Source: Eledone cirrhosa
Lineage: Eukaryota
Assembly: GCA_964016885.1 (NCBI GenBank)
Contig: CAXHJY010000481.1
Span: 6,735 to 70,734, forward strand
Reading direction: 5' to 3'
DNA: 64,000 nt
The notes under the pieces were generated by a model, which was not told where the DNA came from, did not search any database, and saw only the letters and a program-made list of their open reading frames with translations. Shown one piece after another: positions 60,898 through 64,000 of this stretch. How positions within the stretch are numbered: the first letter of the stretch is position 1; each line of letters begins with the position of its first letter. Both the position numbers and the translations under genes were made by a program.

Positions 60898-63143
60898 TCA
60901 ACCTCTCAAAGACACCTCTAACCAACACACAAATCAACATTTTAAGTAAGGGCCTGAAATTTACACCTACACCACGTAAACCAAACTTCCCCGAAATGAA
61001 GGATGACATCATGGAATACTGCCGAAAGCTGCGACTAACGGAATTCTTCCACAACGACACCAACACTGAAGACGAATCACTGGTTAGAAATAAAAGCAAT
61101 TTCTGCCCACAAAAGGGAAGAAATAAAGCACTGGACACGTACTGCGAACACATCACCAACTTTCCCTATGAAACAATTACAAATAAACACACGAAATCAA
61201 ACCTATCTACACACGAATGGGAAGAATTATTCACACTTAGAAACAACCCTGAGATAACTATCAAAGAAGCCGATAAAGGCAGTACTGTTGTGATTATGAA
61301 TACGGACTACTATAGGACCCTCGCACTTAACATTTTAGAAAACAACACATACTATGAAAAAACAGAAAACTACAAACACACCAAAACAATGGGGAACCTT
61401 TTGACCTTACTGAATAAATACCGCAACAGCTTAACCACAAAAGAGTTTAACTATATAAGCCACTTCAAATGCAATACAAGCTCTTTTTACGGCTTACCGA
61501 AACTTCACAAATGTAAACCCATAAACGATGCATGTGACACCTCAACCAACAATTACATTGAACTAACACCACCAGAAGACCTAAAACTCAGGCCAATTAT
61601 AGCAGGCCCTACATGTGAAACCCACAGACTTAGCAACTTTCTGGACATCCTACTGAAACCCTTTCTACAACATATACAGAGCTACATACGAGATGACCTT
61701 GACATGCTGAAACACCTCCCTAAAACAGTAAGTGCAAATACAATTCTTGTCTCCTTTGACGTAATAAACCTCTACACAAACATACCTCACAACTATGGAA
61801 TAACAGCAGTCCAATACTGGCTTAACACACACCCATCAGAAATACCGACACGCATCAACACAGATTTTATCACTGACGGACTCCGCTTTATCCTACAAAA
61901 TAACTACTTCACATTCAATGGTTCAACATACAGACAAGTATCAGGTACGGCAATGGGCACGAAAGTAGCACCCACATATGCCAACCTAGTCATGGGATTC
62001 CATGAACAACAAATATACAGTCAGTCCCTTCTCTTATTTGGAGACTCTTTCCACACACACCTCAAAGCCAATTGGAAAAGATATCTAGACGACTGCTTTA
62101 TCCTATGGCAAGAAGACATGAACTCACTTACTACGTTTAAAAACATGATAAACAACATAGATAATAACATACAATTCACAATGGAATCCAATCCTAAGGA
62201 ATTAGCCTTCTTGGATATTCTCATCTCTGTAATAGACGGGAAATTAGATACAGATATATTCTATAAACCCACAGATTCCAAGCAATACCTCTTTTTCACA
62301 TCAAGTCACCCAAAACATACAAAACTTAACATTCCTTACAATTTGGCCAAACGTATATGTACCATAGTATCAGATCCACCTAAACGGGAGCAAAGACTAA
62401 AGGAACTAAAAGACACCCTTATCTTAAGAGCCTTTCCACTTGAAATAATCAACAATGGAATAGACAGGGCAAAACACCTAAATCCCCATCAACTTAACAA
62501 TCCAAAACAGAAAACCACACTCAACACCCTGCCATATGTATCCACTTTCAACCCCAGAAATACCGAAATGTTTGATCACCTACACAAAAACCTCCCCATC
62601 CTACTTAAAGATGTAAAAATGAAGTCTATTCTTGAAACACACAAGATCCTTAAAAGTAAAAGACAACCCAAATCACTTAAACGCATTCTCACTGGACCAA
62701 ATATACCCAAACCAATCCTCAACCCTACAGTTACCAAATGTGGTAGAACAAACTGTGGAACGTGCCTCTACCTCACTGAAGGACAAACATTTACATTCAA
62801 AGATGGCCAAACATTTACAGTAAAAAACAATTTCACCTGCAACTCGGAGAACTTGATTTACGCAATAACTTGCGGTGGGTGCAAACACAACTACATAGGA
62901 CAGACGGGCACCTCATTACGCAAAAGAATGACCATCCACCGCCAACAAATCCGGGACGCTAACACAAGAAAAATCCCCTTGAGCAGCCATATTGCGAACT
63001 GCGCAGGAATGACACTACCCAACTTTAAAATCTTCCCCTTCTACAAGTGCTCAGATTCGTTCACACAACAACAAAGAATAAACAAAGAAAATCTATTCCT
63101 TAACAAATTTAAACCAAAACTAAACGGGTTATCACCCCAATAG
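60867..63143 (+). CDS. PLE reverse transcriptase + GIY-YIG endonuclease (758 aa from first ATG; frame open from 60810)
   Basis: [78 protein letters not shown]; linker C-x4-C-x2-C (Neptune-like); LIYAITC..C..YIGQT..LRKR..H..E..LN; no stops. Confidence 0.97.
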
Positions 63144-63711
63144 AATTGTCATAAAATATAACACACATACGCACGGAATCACTACTATTAAAGACCAGAG
63201 ACCAATTCTGTAGAATCAGGTTTATTCATTGACAGACCATGCCTTTGTGTGACCAACACATCCATGTTAAACCCTGCACGTGCACACACGTATATCTATA
63301 TATATATATATGCGCACACAGAATTATTTTAATTTCACTGCCCCAACTTCTTATATTATGGAAAAAATATATGTGTCTGTATGTATATATATATATATAT
63401 ATATTTGAAGGCCATTTCTCTGTGTGTGGGTGTATGTATGTGTGTGTGTGTGTGTGTGAGTATGTGTGTGCATGTGGATGTATGTATTGTGTGTGCGTGT
63501 GTGGTGTGTGTGTATGTATGTGGGGTATCTGGATGTATGCGTATGTGTATATATATATATATATGCATGTGTGTGTGTGTGTGTGTGTATATTATGTGTG
63601 TGTATGTGTGTATATATATGTGTGTGTGTGTGTGGTGTGTATGTTTGTATGTGTGTATGTATATATATATGTGTGTGTGTATGTATGTGTGGGCGTGTGT
63701 GTGTGTGTGTG

Positions 63712-63759
<48 letters not shown>

Positions 63760-63833
63760 ATATATATATATGTGTGTGTGTGTGGTGTGTGTGTATGTAT
63801 GTGTTTATCTGGATGTATGTGTATGTATATATA

Positions 63834-63892
<59 letters not shown>

Positions 63893-63961
63893 ATGTGTAT
63901 ATATATGTGTGTGTGTGTGTATGTGTGTATGTATATGTATGTGTGTGTGTATGTATGTGTG

Positions 63962-64000
<39 letters not shown>

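Larger units (their letters stand above)
59121..64000 (+). mobile_element. Penelope-like retroelement (Neptune-like), 5' inverted pLTR 59121-59867, body runs off the window end
   Basis: 59590-59867 is the reverse complement of 63711-64000 (shared atacatccagata anchor); intact RT-GIY-YIG ORF; variant hammerhead in the inverted repeat. Confidence 0.92.

Overview
Eukaryotic (not microbial) DNA, extremely AT- and microsatellite-rich, with SINE families characteristic of coleoid cephalopods (most likely an octopod; inference from SINE sequence recognition). About a third of the window is (TA)n-type microsatellite, which generates almost all of the long 'YIYI' ORFs in the track. One host gene is visible: the 3' six coding exons (9202-23938, + strand, 355 aa in window, all GT-AG and phase-compatible) of a voltage-gated proton channel whose S4 reads LLPWRVVRIVN, i.e. 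the molluscan two-arginine 'Hv3' type, followed by a coiled coil and a long acidic/poly-Ala tail ending in a PDZ-type motif. Mobile DNA: an apparently intact Neptune-like Penelope-like retroelement (PLE; RT + GIY-YIG, 60867-63143) preceded by an overlapping coiled-coil ORF joined to it by a U_UUU_UUA -1 slippery site; a second, decayed PLE with inverted pLTRs and well-formed hammerhead ribozymes in an Hv intron; many short fold-back pLTR/hammerhead remnants in (TA)n tracts; two hAT MITEs with TSDs (one inflated by a 35-bp minisatellite); mariner/Tc1 MITEs; a tandem pair of internally deleted RTE-like elements; a Tx1-like LINE 3' end; numerous tRNA-derived SINEs; several mini/satellites.
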